Positions 41,124 to 52,774 of a stretch of 64,000 nucleotides of DNA are shown here, piece after piece. The stretch comes from Octopus vulgaris (Eukaryota): NCBI GenBank assembly GCA_951406725.2, contig OX597826.1, positions 56,482,001-56,546,000 of the forward strand, written 5' to 3'. The position numbers and the translations under genes are program-made. The notes under the pieces are model-generated. The model had not been told where the DNA came from, did no database searches, and saw nothing but the letters and a program-made list of their open reading frames with translations. The first letter of the stretch is position 1. Every line of letters starts with the position of its first letter.

Positions 41124-41150
41124 ACAGAATCATCACCATCATCATCAATA
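39520..41150. repeat. (GAT)n tract (39520-40200) followed by an oppositely oriented (CAT)n tract (40560-41150)
   Basis: Directly visible. Confidence 0.88.
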
Positions 41151-41344
41151 AATATTTAGCATTCTGTGTTATAGAATTGATTAAATCAATATATAGGTTA
41201 TTGAACTGGCTGACAGGTCTCCCAGTTTCTATCCTGTTATCAGTGGTTCACTGTTGCATCAATGAGGCTGATCCCTTAACTCTTGTGGCCCCATGCAGTG
41301 TTAAGGTATATTGCTGTAGGCAGTCATGACATCTGAGGAGTGTC

Positions 41345-41740
41345 AGTGTGGTAAGTAGCTTGCTTACCAACCACATGGTTTCGGGTTCAGTCCCACTGCG
41401 TGGCACTTTGGGCAAGTGTCTTCTACTATAGCCTTAGGGCCAACCAAAGCCTTGTGAGTGGATTTGGTAGACGGAAACTGAAAGAAGCCCATTGTATATA
41501 TGTATATATGTGTGTGTGTGCATGTGTATGTTTGTCCCATCAACATCGCTTGACAACCGATGCTGGTGTGTTTATGTCGCCGTAACTTAGCAGTTCGGCA
41601 AAAGAGACCGATAGAATAAGTACTAGGCTTACAAAGAATAAGTCCTGGGGGCGATTTGCTCGACTAAAGGCGGTGCTCCAGCATGGCCACAGTCAAATGA
41701 CTGAAACAAGTAAAAAGAATAAAAAAGAATAAAGAAAAAG
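41345..41740 (+). mobile_element. SINE family A, near full length
   Basis: Head, internal TA/TG tract, body and TAAAAAGAA tail. Confidence 0.88.
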
Positions 41741-42149
41741 AACTGAAATAGCATTAGATTACAATAGCTATCAGTGTATAATACTTAAAGCATATACACT
41801 ATTTCTTTTTTTGTAATTACTTTTCAAAGTTGAATTTCATTTTTTAAAATAATATTTGGATATACATTTATTTTTTTCGTATTTGATAAAAGTGAGGATT
41901 GGTAATAATGGGTCAGCCAGTTGCCATGGACACTCTTTGAAGGGATTTTCATTTTTCTCATTTAAAAGAATTTTTTTATTTTTTTATAGAGGTAAGCAGA
42001 GAAATAGATTTTGATACAATTCTTCTTCAATTCACGATTTTAGAAGGGTATAAAGGGATTTATATTTAGGAAAGAAGTGGCCTAAAGTTCTTCCAATATT
42101 ACTGTCATGGAAGAATGTTTTTGTGAGAAGAGGAAAACCCAAGAAGGGA

Positions 42150-42865
42150 ACATGTGCCAGTATGTGTACATATATGTGTATGTGTATGTGTATGTATGCT
42201 TGCATTTATATGTGTGTGTATGTGCAAGTGGATGTGTGTGTGTGTTTTTGTTTATGTGCATGTGCCTGTGTACCTATGCATGTGTATGTGTGTGCATACA
42301 CATGCATGTGTAGATGTATATGTGTGTGTACACACACATATGCAAACTCTGTGTGTGTGTGTATGTGTGCGTTTGTGTATAGAAACACATGCATGTGTTT
42401 ATGCATATGAATGGATGCACCCTCACCATGCCTCTGTGTGTGAGTGTGTGTGCAGATACACATGCATGTGTGTATGCACCCTCACCATGCCTCTCTGTAT
42501 GTGTATGTGTGTGTGTATGGATACACATGCATGTGTGTATGCATATGTGTGCATGCACCCTCACTATGACTTTGTGTTTGTGTGTGTGTATATATACATA
42601 TACACAGGCATGTGTGTATGCATATGTGTGTATGCACTTGTGTGTATGCATATGTGTGTATGCACTTGTGTGTATGCACCTGTGTGTATGCACCTTCACC
42701 ATGACTGTGTGTCTATGTGTGTGTGCATGTGTGTGTGTATAGATACACATTCATGTGTGTATGCACCCTCACCATGCCTCTTTGTGTGTGTGTGTGTGTA
42801 TGGATACACATGCATGTATGTATGCATATGTGTGCATGCATCCTCACCATGCATCTGTGTGTGAG
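42150..42865. repeat. TG-rich minisatellite with recurring ATGCACCCTCACCATG unit
   Basis: The unit recurs near 42415, 42474, 42553, 42688, 42761 and 42836. Confidence 0.82.
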
Positions 42866-43282
42866 GGGGGGGGGGCATCTTGAAAGTATTGCATTTCTGA
42901 AAATCTTGCTTTTCTCGTGAAATTCTGTAATGCAAAAGCCATTCTCCCATTGACTTCCACATTACAGGGAGGTCAATGGAAAATAGGTTTGGCATTATGG
43001 TATTCAATATTCCAACAAAAATTTTTTTTTTCAGGAATGCAATGCTTCTGTAACATGGAATGAAAAAGAAATAATAGTTATAGCTGAAAATCTGCAAACT
43101 GTTGATGAAAACACGAAAGGATAAAAAAAAAGGAACTGAAATAATCTCAAAAAAAATTGAAGACTCAACATAAAACCACGAAAAGAAATAAAGAGTTACC
43201 ATTTCTTCAAAAGAAGAATATTACCCCAACCTCAGGAAAATAACAAACAACATACACAGGGTGTAAAAAACTAAGGTTTACC

Positions 43283-43910
43283 TGGCTGTGTGGTAAGAAG
43301 TTTGCTTCTCAACCACATAGTTCCAGGTTCAGTCCCACTGCGTGGCGCCTCAAGCAAATGTTTTCTACTATATATTTCTTTACTACCCGCAAGGGGCTAA
43401 ACATAGAGGCGACAAACAAGGACAGACAAAGGGATTAAGTCGATTATATCGACCCAGTGCGAAACTGGTACTTTATTTATCGACCCCGAGAGGATGAAAG
43501 GCAAAGTTGACCCCGGCGGATTTTGAACTCAGAACGTAACAACAGATGAAATACCACTACGCATTTTGTTCGGCGCGCTAACGTTTCTGCCAGCTCGCCG
43601 CCTTTTCTACTATAGTCTTGGGCTGACCAAAGCCTTTTGAGTGAATTTGGTAGATGGAAACTGAAAGAAGCTTGTCGTATATATTTATATGTATATGTAT
43701 GTATGTATTTGTGTGTCTGTGTTTCCTCCCCCCCACCATCGTTTGACAAACCGATGTTAGTGTGTTTATGTCCCCATAACTTGTCAGTTCGGCAAAAGAG
43801 ACTGATGAAATAAGTACTAGGCTTACAAAGAATAAGTCCTGGGGTCGATCTGTTCGACTAAGGGCTGTACTCTAGCATGGCCGCAGTCAAATGACTGAAA
43901 CAAGTAAAAA
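43283..43910 (+). mobile_element. SINE family A interrupted by a family D SINE
   Basis: The two halves join across 43373-43614. Confidence 0.85.
43373..43602 (-). mobile_element. SINE family D, full length, with 12-bp TSD
   Basis: TTTTCTACTATA at 43361-43372 and 43603-43614. Confidence 0.88.
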
Positions 43911-44759
43911 CTACAAAAGGAATAGATTTTTCAAAAATGAAACAAATTAAAGACAAAGTTATATTTTGTTTTTGAAACTTTCTGAAGAAATTAGAAACGA
44001 CAAACAAAATGCTTAGTTGAATATTTTTCCCAGCTTTACATCCTGAGTTCAAATTCTACTAAGGTCGATTTTACCATTTTTTGTTTCAGGGTTGATAAAA
44101 TAAGCACCAGTCGAGTTCTCGGGTGGGGGTGGGGGGGGGGGGGTCAATGTGATCAACTGTTCACCTCTGGTGACTAAATCGCAAGGCTTTTTAATGTAAC
44201 ACTCTAACAATTGTAAAAAATAGTTTCAGATTTAAGCTCAATGATTTAAGGTTAATTACCATCATCACTGCCGCCGCCGCCAAAACCACCACCACCACCA
44301 CCACTACTACAATTACTACTGCTACTACTACTACTAGTATTACTTCTACTGCCACCATCATAACCGCCACAACCACTACTATGATCATCACCGCCACACC
44401 ACCACCACCACCACTATCACTACCACTACTACAGTTACTACTACTACTACTGCTACAATTACTACTATTACTACTACTACTACTAGTATTACTACTACTG
44501 CCACCATCACAACCACCTTCACCACCACAACCACTACTATGATCATCACCACCACACCACCACACAAACCACCACCACCACCACTACTACTACCTTACTA
44601 CTACCACTACTGCTGCTGCTGCTACTACTACTTTGCCTATACATAAATTTTAAGGGGTTAAAATCGATTTAATTGTCCCCAATATGTACTATATTTAAGC
44701 TGCATCCCTAATTCAGTATTAAATCTTGGTACAAAATTTTTGTCCCTTTGTATTCAACC

Positions 44760-45640
44760 TTCATATAAGTTTGGCTCCATGTTTAAGTCAAATCCTAAAA
44801 AGTCACCGAAACCTGCATGAAGATATGTGCTTTGAACAGAGAGGATGCTATTATGGAGTGTGTGCCAAAAGTGGTTTTCAAGATTTTGAATGGGAAATAT
44901 TTTGATTCAAGATGATGATTCTACCAGCTCACTGCATTTATCATAATGATAATGGTTCCATATTTTGGTACAAGGCCAGCAACTCTAATTATATGACTAG
45001 GATGATTGCAGATATTCCCCCCAAAAAAAGCCAAATCACATACTGGAAACCATTTCTATGCAGTTACATCAGCAGACTTGATGTTTGGGCCCCACATCAA
45101 AGGATTTTTCATCTACAATTCATTTCAGAAATATGAAGAAAACAAACCTTTTTTTTTTTGAAGATAATGGTGAAAGGTGACAAAAAAAAACTGATTGTCT
45201 ATGACAATATGAAGTGAAAAGAACATCACAAACAACTCTTAAGCAGGACTCATCCAAAGATTATTCTTTTAATTTGGTATGATTGAGAGGGCGTTTTCTT
45301 TTACAAGTGCCTTCCCATGGACAGAACCATCATTTTGTCCTGGTGGACAAGTTAAACAGTGATCCACCAGAAGTATCCAGCACTTGCTAATCATAAGAGT
45401 ATTGTCTTTTGTCACAACACTGCCAGACAACACACTTCTTCATGCACACCAGGATTAGGTGGGAAGTTGTACTCCACAGTCCATTTTTACCTGACCTTGC
45501 ACCTTCAAATGTCTACCTTTTGGTCTCTTTCAAAGCCCTTTGAATGGATAGACCTTCAACTCTGAAGTGGATATATAATTTCACCTGGAAGATTTTTTTT
45601 GCCAGTTAAGACAGGTAATTCTTTGAGCAGGGAATAACAG
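44760..45640 (+). pseudogene. Highly decayed mariner (DD34D-type) transposase
   Basis: Frameshifted relics in the correct order: LDVWAPH (WVPH), GD-K-IVYDN, HPK, PALANHKSIVFCHNTARQHT (HDNARPH), and GWEVVLH...PDLAPS. Confidence 0.7.
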
Positions 45641-45647
45641 ACAGTTT

Positions 45648-45867
45648 TATGAGGAATTATGTACATTATTTACATTTGACAGATATTTGTCCTCATCTTG
45701 TTTCGGCTGGGGGAAATTTCAAACCTAGCTTCTCATTCCTAAGGTATTTTTAATTGTTGTTGTTGATATTGTTAATGTTGTTGTTGTTGGTGGTGGTGGT
45801 CCACTGCTTGGAATTGAACTTGGAATCTTGGGGTTAGTAGCCCGTGCTCTTAACCATGATGCCATAT
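45648..45867 (-). mobile_element. tRNA-headed SINE family F, copy with most of the hammerhead deleted
   Basis: Reverse complement of the 52652-52727 head, an (AAC)n spacer and the 53250-53410 body; sequence between TTTCCCC and CAGCCGAAAC is missing. Confidence 0.78.
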
Positions 45868-45921
45868 TTTGATGAAAATTTTCAAAAAACTTTCCAAAAT
45901 TTTGGTGGAAATTTTCAGAAT

Positions 45922-48638
45922 AGTCAATTACCTTGTCTATTGGAAAACTCATTATAAAGTCACTCATTAAGTTGAAATATGGAAAGTAAAAAACAAAAAA
46001 AAACACTGAGAAATGCAAAAACAAAAAAGAATCATTTAATTCAGCACACTAACAGTTTTCGTTGAAATTTTGAAAAATTTGGTATTTTTACAAAGTTATA
46101 GCTGAATGATGTCATTGATGGTGATAATGATGATGATGGTGAACTGGTGGGAAATTTGATATTAATAAAAGCTCAAGCATGTAACTGGCAGTGTAGGAAG
46201 AAGTTTGCTTCTCAACCCCATGGATCTAAGTTCAGTCCTTCTGCATGGCAAGCATCAACAAACATCTACTATCGCCCTGGGTGAGCTTAAAGTTTTGTGT
46301 GCATGGATGTGGTAGATGGAAACTAAAAGAAGCCCATCACATATTAATCTCCGCTGGCCTTCTATACTTTGTGATTTTGGCACAGCTGGCCTTGTGATTT
46401 TTCGAAAATTTTCCCCAAAACTTTTTCCAAAATTTTCACCGAGAATTTTCCCCAAAAATTTTTCGAAAATTTTCCCCAAAAATTTTTCGGAAATTTTCAC
46501 CGAAAATTTTCCCCCAAAATTTTTCGAAAATTTTCCCCAACAATTTTTCGAAAATTTTCTCCAAAAATTTTTCGAAAATTTTCCCCAAAAATTTTTCCAA
46601 AATTTTCCCAAAAATTTTTCCAAAATTTTCCCCAAAATTTTTTCCAAAATTTTTACCGCAAATTTTCCCCAAAAATTTTCCCCAAAGTATGGAAAACCAG
46701 CGGTGCCAAAATCACAAAGTATGGAAGGCCAGCGGTGCCAAAATCACAAAGTATGGAAAGCCAGCGGTGCCAAAATCACAAAGTATGGAAGGCCAGCGGT
46801 GCCAAAATCACAAAGTATGGAAGGCCAGCGGAGCCAGAATCACAAAGTATGAAAGGCCAGCGGTGTCGAAATCACAAAGTATGGAAAGCCAGCGGTGCCA
46901 AAATCACAAAATATGGAAAGCCATTTTTCGAAAATTTTACCAAAAAATTTTATGAAAAATTTCAAAAAATTTCGAAAATTTTACCCAACAATTTTTCGAA
47001 AATTTTCCCCAAAATTTTTTTCAAAATTTTTACCGCAAATTTTCCCCAAATATTTTTCCAAATTTTGTAGAAAAATTTCCCCAAAGTATGGAAAACCAGC
47101 GGTGCAAAAATCACAAAGTATGGAAGGCCAGCGGTGCCAAAATCACAAAGTATGGAAAGCCAGCGGTACCAAAATCACAAAGTATGGAAGGCCAACGGTG
47201 CAAAAATCACAAAGTATGGAAGGCCAGCGGTGCCAAGATCACAAAGTATGGAAAGCCAGCGGTGCCAAAATCACAAAATATGGAAAGCCATTTTTCGAAA
47301 ATTTTCACCAAAAATTTTCCGAAAATTTTACCCAACAATTTTTCGGAAATTTTCGCCAAAAATTTCCCAAAAATTTTTTCCGCAAATTTTCCCCAAAGAT
47401 TTTTCCAAAATTTTCTAGAAAAATTTCCCCCAAAATTTTCCCCAAAGTATGGAAAACCAGCGGTGCAAAAATCACAAAGTATGGAAGGCCAGCGGTGCCA
47501 AAATCACAAAGTATGGAAGGCCAGCTGTGCCAAAATCACAAAGTATGGAAGGCCAGCGGTGCCAAAATCACAAAGTATGGAAAGCCAGCGGTGCCAAAAT
47601 CACAAAGTATGGAAGGCCAGCGGTGCCAGAATCACAAAGTATGGAAGGCCAGCGGTGCCAAAATCACAAAGTATGGAAAGCCAGCGGTGCCAAAATCACA
47701 AAATATGGAAAGCCATTTTTCGAAAATTTTCACTAAAAATTTTTCGAAAATTTTCCCCAAAATTTTTCCAAAATTTTTACCGCAAATTTTCCCTAAAGAT
47801 TTTTCCAAAGATTTTCCAAAAATTTTACCCAAAAATTTTTCGAAAATTTTCACCGAAAATTGTACCCTAAAATTTTCCGAAAATTTAACCAAAAAATTTT
47901 TCGAAAATTTTTTGAGAATTTTCACCGAAAATTTTCCTCAAAAATTTTTCGAAAATTTTCACAGAAAATTTTACCCGAAAATTTATCGAAAATTTTCCCC
48001 AAAACTTTTTCGAAAATTTTTGCCGAAAATTTTCCCCAAAAATTTTGTGAAAAATTTCCAAAATTTTTCGAAAATTTTACCCAAAAATTTATCGAAAATT
48101 TTCACCAAAAAATTTTTCGAACAATTTCACCGAAAATTTTAACAAAAAATTTTTGGAATATTTTCATCGAAAATTTTACCCAAAAATTTTTCGGAAATTT
48201 TTGGGTAAAATTTTTGGGTAAAATTTTTGGGAAAATTTTTCGTAAATTTTTGCCGAAAATTTTTCGAGAATTTTCCCTAAAAATTTTTCGAAAATTTTCG
48301 TCAAATATTTTTCCAAAATTTTCACCGAAAATTTTACCCAAAAATTTTTCCAAAATTTTTGCCGAAAATTTTAAGAGAATTTTCACCGATATTTATTAAT
48401 ATCAAATTTCTAACCATCATTATCATCATTATCACCATCAATGACATCATTCAGCTATAACTTTGTAAAAATACCAAATTTTTCAAAATTTCAAAGAAAA
48501 CTGTTAATGTGCTGAATTAAATGATTCTTTTTTGTTTTTGCATTTCTCAGTGTTTTTTTTGTTTTGTTTTTTACTTTCCATATTTCAACTTAATGAGTGG
48601 CTTTTTAATGAGTTTTCCAATAGATAAGGTAATTGACT
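45922..48638. mobile_element. Foldback-like structure: ~250-bp inverted repeats enclosing composite satellites
   Basis: 45922-46169 is the reverse complement of 48392-48638; no clear TSD. Confidence 0.75.
46350..48390. repeat. Alternating GAAAATTTTC A/T-tract blocks and three arrays of a 32-bp unit (AAAGTATGGAAGGCCAGCGGTGCCAAAATCAC)
   Basis: Unit starts at 46684, 46716, 46748 and onward; arrays at ~46684-46925, 47083-47290 and 47444-47715; one inverted unit at ~46351-46392. Confidence 0.92.
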
Positions 48639-48763
48639 TTATCATTAGTGTTGGAAGTCAATAGTTCTATTACATAGCATAGTGGCATTTATAAGATTGC
48701 TGCCACACATAATTGGTTCACTTACCTAAATGTTGATGGTTGTACTAAAAACTGCTGACCATG

Positions 48764-48859
<96 letters not shown>

Positions 48860-48981
48860 TCACAATCAAGGAACGGCCATAATAGGCCATTCACCCACTA
48901 GAAATAACAGCCAAAAGCTTTAACCGCAAAATAACGTCAATTCCGTAAACCAGGAGAAAATTAAAAAACATTTACCCTGTA

Positions 48982-49088
48982 ATTTCTTAGACGATGCACC
49001 GTTTCATCTACTGTTTAATGGAAAACTAACCTGATTAAATTAAATCAAGCCAATCTACCATAGGCCCTTAGATTCATCAGTAAGAAAT
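48982..49088 (-). ncRNA. Type I hammerhead ribozyme motif
   Basis: Reverse complement of 49885-49991 (TCATCAG at 49074-49080; cleavage C opposite 48990). Confidence 0.88.
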
Positions 49089-49884
49089 AGCCAAGCCGGA
49101 ACAGATATTTTTCACGAGGCATTCTCGTTGCTACCTCGTCAATATCTGACCTAAAATTTTCAAATCGTCGCACTCGCGCTAAATTTATCGGCAGCAAATA
49201 AATATAAGCCGCCGATTCCATTACGGAATTAACCAGAAAATTCATAATTAATCAATATAGGGTGGCAAAAAAATTTTGTAGAATTCTTTTGCCACCAGCG
49301 GCATAGTGGGAAAAAATAAATAGTCATAAACCATTTTTAAGTTCAACATCACAATCAAGGAACGGCCATAATAGGCCATTCACCCACTAGAAATAACAGC
49401 CAAAAGCTTTAACCGCAAAATAACGTCAATTCCGTAAACCAGGAGAAAATTAAAAAACATTTACCCTGTAAACAGGGTAAATGTTTTTTAATTTTTTAAT
49501 TTTTTAATTTTCTCCTTTTTTAATTTTCTCCTGGTTTACGGAATTGACGTTATTTTGCGGTTAAAGCTTTTGGCTGTTATTTCTAGTGGGTGAATGGCCT
49601 ATTATGGCCGTTCCTTGATTGTGATGTTGAACTTAAAAATGGTTTATGACTATTTAATTTTTTCCCACTAGGCCGCTGGTGGCAAAAGAATTCTACAAAA
49701 TTTTTTTGCCACCCTATATTGATTAATTATGAATTTTCTGGTTAATTCCGTAATGGAATCGGCGGCTTATATTTATTTGCTGCCGATAAATTTGCGCGAG
49801 TGCGACGATTTGAAAATTTTAGGTCAGATATTGACGAGGTAGCAACGAGAATGCCTCGTGAAAAATATCTGTTCCGGCTTGGCT

Positions 49885-49991
49885 ATTTCTTACTGATGAA
49901 TCTAAGGGCCTATGGTAGATTGGCCTGATTTAATTTAATCAGGTTAGTTTTCCATTAAACAGTAGATGAAACGGTGCATCGTCTAAGAAAT
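49885..49991 (+). ncRNA. Type I hammerhead ribozyme motif
   Basis: Stem I ATTTCTTA (49885-92) / TAAGAAAT (49984-91), core CTGATGA (49893-99), stem II ATCTA / TAGAT enclosing a long hairpin, GAAA (49968-71), near-palindromic stem III ACGGTGCATCGT, GTC cleavage at 49983. Confidence 0.9.
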
Positions 49992-50349
49992 TACAGGGTA
50001 AATGTTTTTTAATTTTCTCCTGGTTTATGGAATTGACGTTATTTTGCAGTTAAAGCTTTTGGCTGTTATTTCTAGTGGGTGAATGGCCTATTATGGCCGT
50101 TCCTTGATTGTGATGTTGAACTTAAAAATGGTTTATGACTATTTAATTTTTTCCCACTAGGCCGCTGGTGGCAAAAGAATTCTACAAAATTTTTTTGCCA
50201 CCCTATATTGATTAAATATATATATATATATATATATACACGCAAAATGTATATATATATATATGCATATATGTATATATATATATATATATATGCATAT
50301 ATGTATATATATATATATATATTTATGCATATAACTATATATATATACT

Positions 50350-50685
50350 CACAGGATGGCCTGCTGTGCTTACCTTGGATCGCAGGGTGACCTGCAGTGC
50401 TTGAGGAGACCTATTGATATCGACATCAAAATAAAAATCAAATGGAAATTGTAGTTTTGATGCCCATGCCAGTGGCACGTAAAAAGCACCATCCGAACAT
50501 GGCCAATGCCAGCACCGCCTTGACTGGCATCCGTGCTGGTGACACATAAAAAGCACCCACTACACTCACGGAGTGGTTGGCATTAGGAAGGGCATCCAGC
50601 TGTAGAAACACTGCCAGATCAGACTGGAGCCTGGTGCAGCCTCCTGGCTTCCCAGACCCCGGTTGAACCATCCAACCCATGTGTG
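50350..50685 (+). mobile_element. Family C repeat with longer upstream portion
   Basis: Family C body; the upstream part is shared with 63780-64000. Confidence 0.8.
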
Positions 50686-51052
50686 GCGGATTCCCGTTTG
50701 ACTGAGCCTGGTCATCGTCGTCGTTCGACTTAGTAGGGTCCCGGATTCGAGTTGAGTGACGGCAGGTTCGTAACAATATGTATGTATGTATGTACTATGT
50801 ATGTATGTATGCATGCATGTATGTATATATATGTGTGTGTATGTATGTATGTATGCATGCACACACACACATGCTTATTTGCATTGATGGAGAACAGCTT
50901 TTTATTTTTTTTAGACATTTTGTCCTGAAAGCACAATTCTGATCTACTTATAACATTTTAAATGATTTATTTGTTTGTTGGTTATAGTTTGTTTTTTGCT
51001 TTTTTACAGATATTTGTATTCTTCCTCAGATCATTCATCATCATCACCATCA

Positions 51053-51315
51053 TAGCTGGCACTGGGTACACCTTATGGAATTTCTTTTAACACCTTCTCT
51101 ACATATCGCACAGGGCCATTTCCCTGAAGGGATCTGTGATTTGTCTGTTTTATTACTTAACAATACTTTGGTCTTTGATTCCATTCCATGCTTCCATACC
51201 TGAAAAATCTTCTCTAGTGATTCAGCAATAAGAACAAGGTCATCAGCATAGAGGAGCTCCCAAGGGCAGCCAGTCTTAAATTCCTCAGTTATAGCTTGGA
51301 GGACCATGATAAATA
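51053..51315 (-). pseudogene. RTE-clade LINE reverse transcriptase fragment
   Basis: AITEEFKTGCPWELLYADDLVLIAES contains the YADD motif, followed by KTKVL and a Cys-rich CAIC...CTQC segment. Confidence 0.85.
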
Positions 51316-51317
51316 AA

Positions 51318-51350
<33 letters not shown>

Positions 51351-51734
51351 TGTTTAATGTCCGCCTTCCATGCAGGCATAATTTTTACATCCATAACCAT
51401 CAACATTTCAAGACTTTCACACTTTCTTACCATGAATATGTGAAGTGTTATTGTTGTAGCTAACATCCTCTTATGTGGTGGGTAAATGTAATTCTTGGAG
51501 GTTTTATCACCAAATTTGTTTAAACATTATTCTTGGGTTTTGAAATTTGATCTATATCTCAACAATTTGTAAATACTTATACATACACACACAAACATAT
51601 ACACATACACACATATATATACATATACACACACACACACATACATATATACATATGCACACACTCACACACACATATATATGCATATGCACACACACAC
51701 ACACTTATACACACACAATATATTCATATATATT

Positions 51735-51920
51735 ACCGGTGGCATGTAAAAGGCACCCACTACACTCATGGAGTGGTTGACGCTAGGAAGGGCATCAAGC
51801 TGTAGAAACACTGCCAGATCAGTCTGGAGCCTAGTGTAGCCTCCTGGCTTCTCAGACTCCGGTCCAACCCATGCTAACATGGAAAACAGACGTTAAACGA
51901 TGACGATGATGATGATGATG
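51735..51920 (+). mobile_element. Family C repeat
   Basis: Family body and (GAT)n tail. Confidence 0.82.
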
Positions 51921-52742
51921 ACACACATACACATATATGCGTATTCATATACATATGAGATGAGGGCAAATATCTGTCAAATGTAAATAACGTAAATAAT
52001 GTGCATAATTCCTCATCTCTTAAATATAGAACTGTGTTTTTGAAATGTTGCAGTATATCAATACAAAACTGTAACTAACATTGATATTTTATCAACTTGT
52101 ATTTCTACTGAGACATGGATTAAGAGTTGGAAATCTAAATTCACCATTTTGAATACAAGTAATTATCTTTCATTCTATCTTTAATGTAAATCGGATTGCT
52201 GTTTATTTTTTTGCAAAAAAAAAAAAAAAAAAAGAAAGAGAATTCTAAATAGAAATTAAGCAATTTTTAAATGATAAAAATTAGTTGTGCTCATTTAATG
52301 AACACTTTTAATTATTTTTCAAATTTTCTCCATAGTGTTGCTTTGATGACAATTGTTCGTAGATTCAAGGCAGAGAGAACTAGCAAAATCATTAGCACAC
52401 TGAGTAAGATGCTTAGCAGCCTTTCCCCCATCTTTATGTTCTTGGTTCAAATTCCACCGAGGTTGACTTTGCCTTTCATCCTTTCAGGGTTGATAAAATA
52501 AGGACCCATTGAACACTGTGTTTGATCTAATCAACTTTTCCACTCCTTTGAAATTACTGGCCTAGTGCCAAAATGTGGAACCAATATTTCATAGATTCAA
52601 AGCGATGACTTGGCAGAATTATTACCATGCAGGACAAAAATGCTTAGCAGCGGGCATATGGTGTAGTGGTGAAGAGCACGAACTACTAATGCCAAGATTC
52701 CGAGTTCGATTCCAAGCAGTGACCTGAATAATAATAATAATG

Positions 52743-52774
<32 letters not shown>

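Larger units (their letters stand above)
48858..50215. mobile_element. Head-to-head fold-back of a 489-bp hammerhead-containing monomer (retrozyme/Penelope-like non-autonomous element) in (TA)n
   Basis: CATCACAATCAAGG at 48858 and 49347 (period 489). Inversion centre TTACCCTGT-AA-ACAGGGTAA at 49470/49471. The right arm is the reverse complement, ~1.5 monomers long; (TA)n on both flanks. Confidence 0.9.

Noticed and set aside
46684-47715. 32-bp repeats as a CRISPR array; 415-aa and 260-aa ORFs over them
   Set aside because: Units are directly tandem with no unique spacers, there are no cas genes, and the context is eukaryotic. The ORFs are frame-cycling translations of the satellite.
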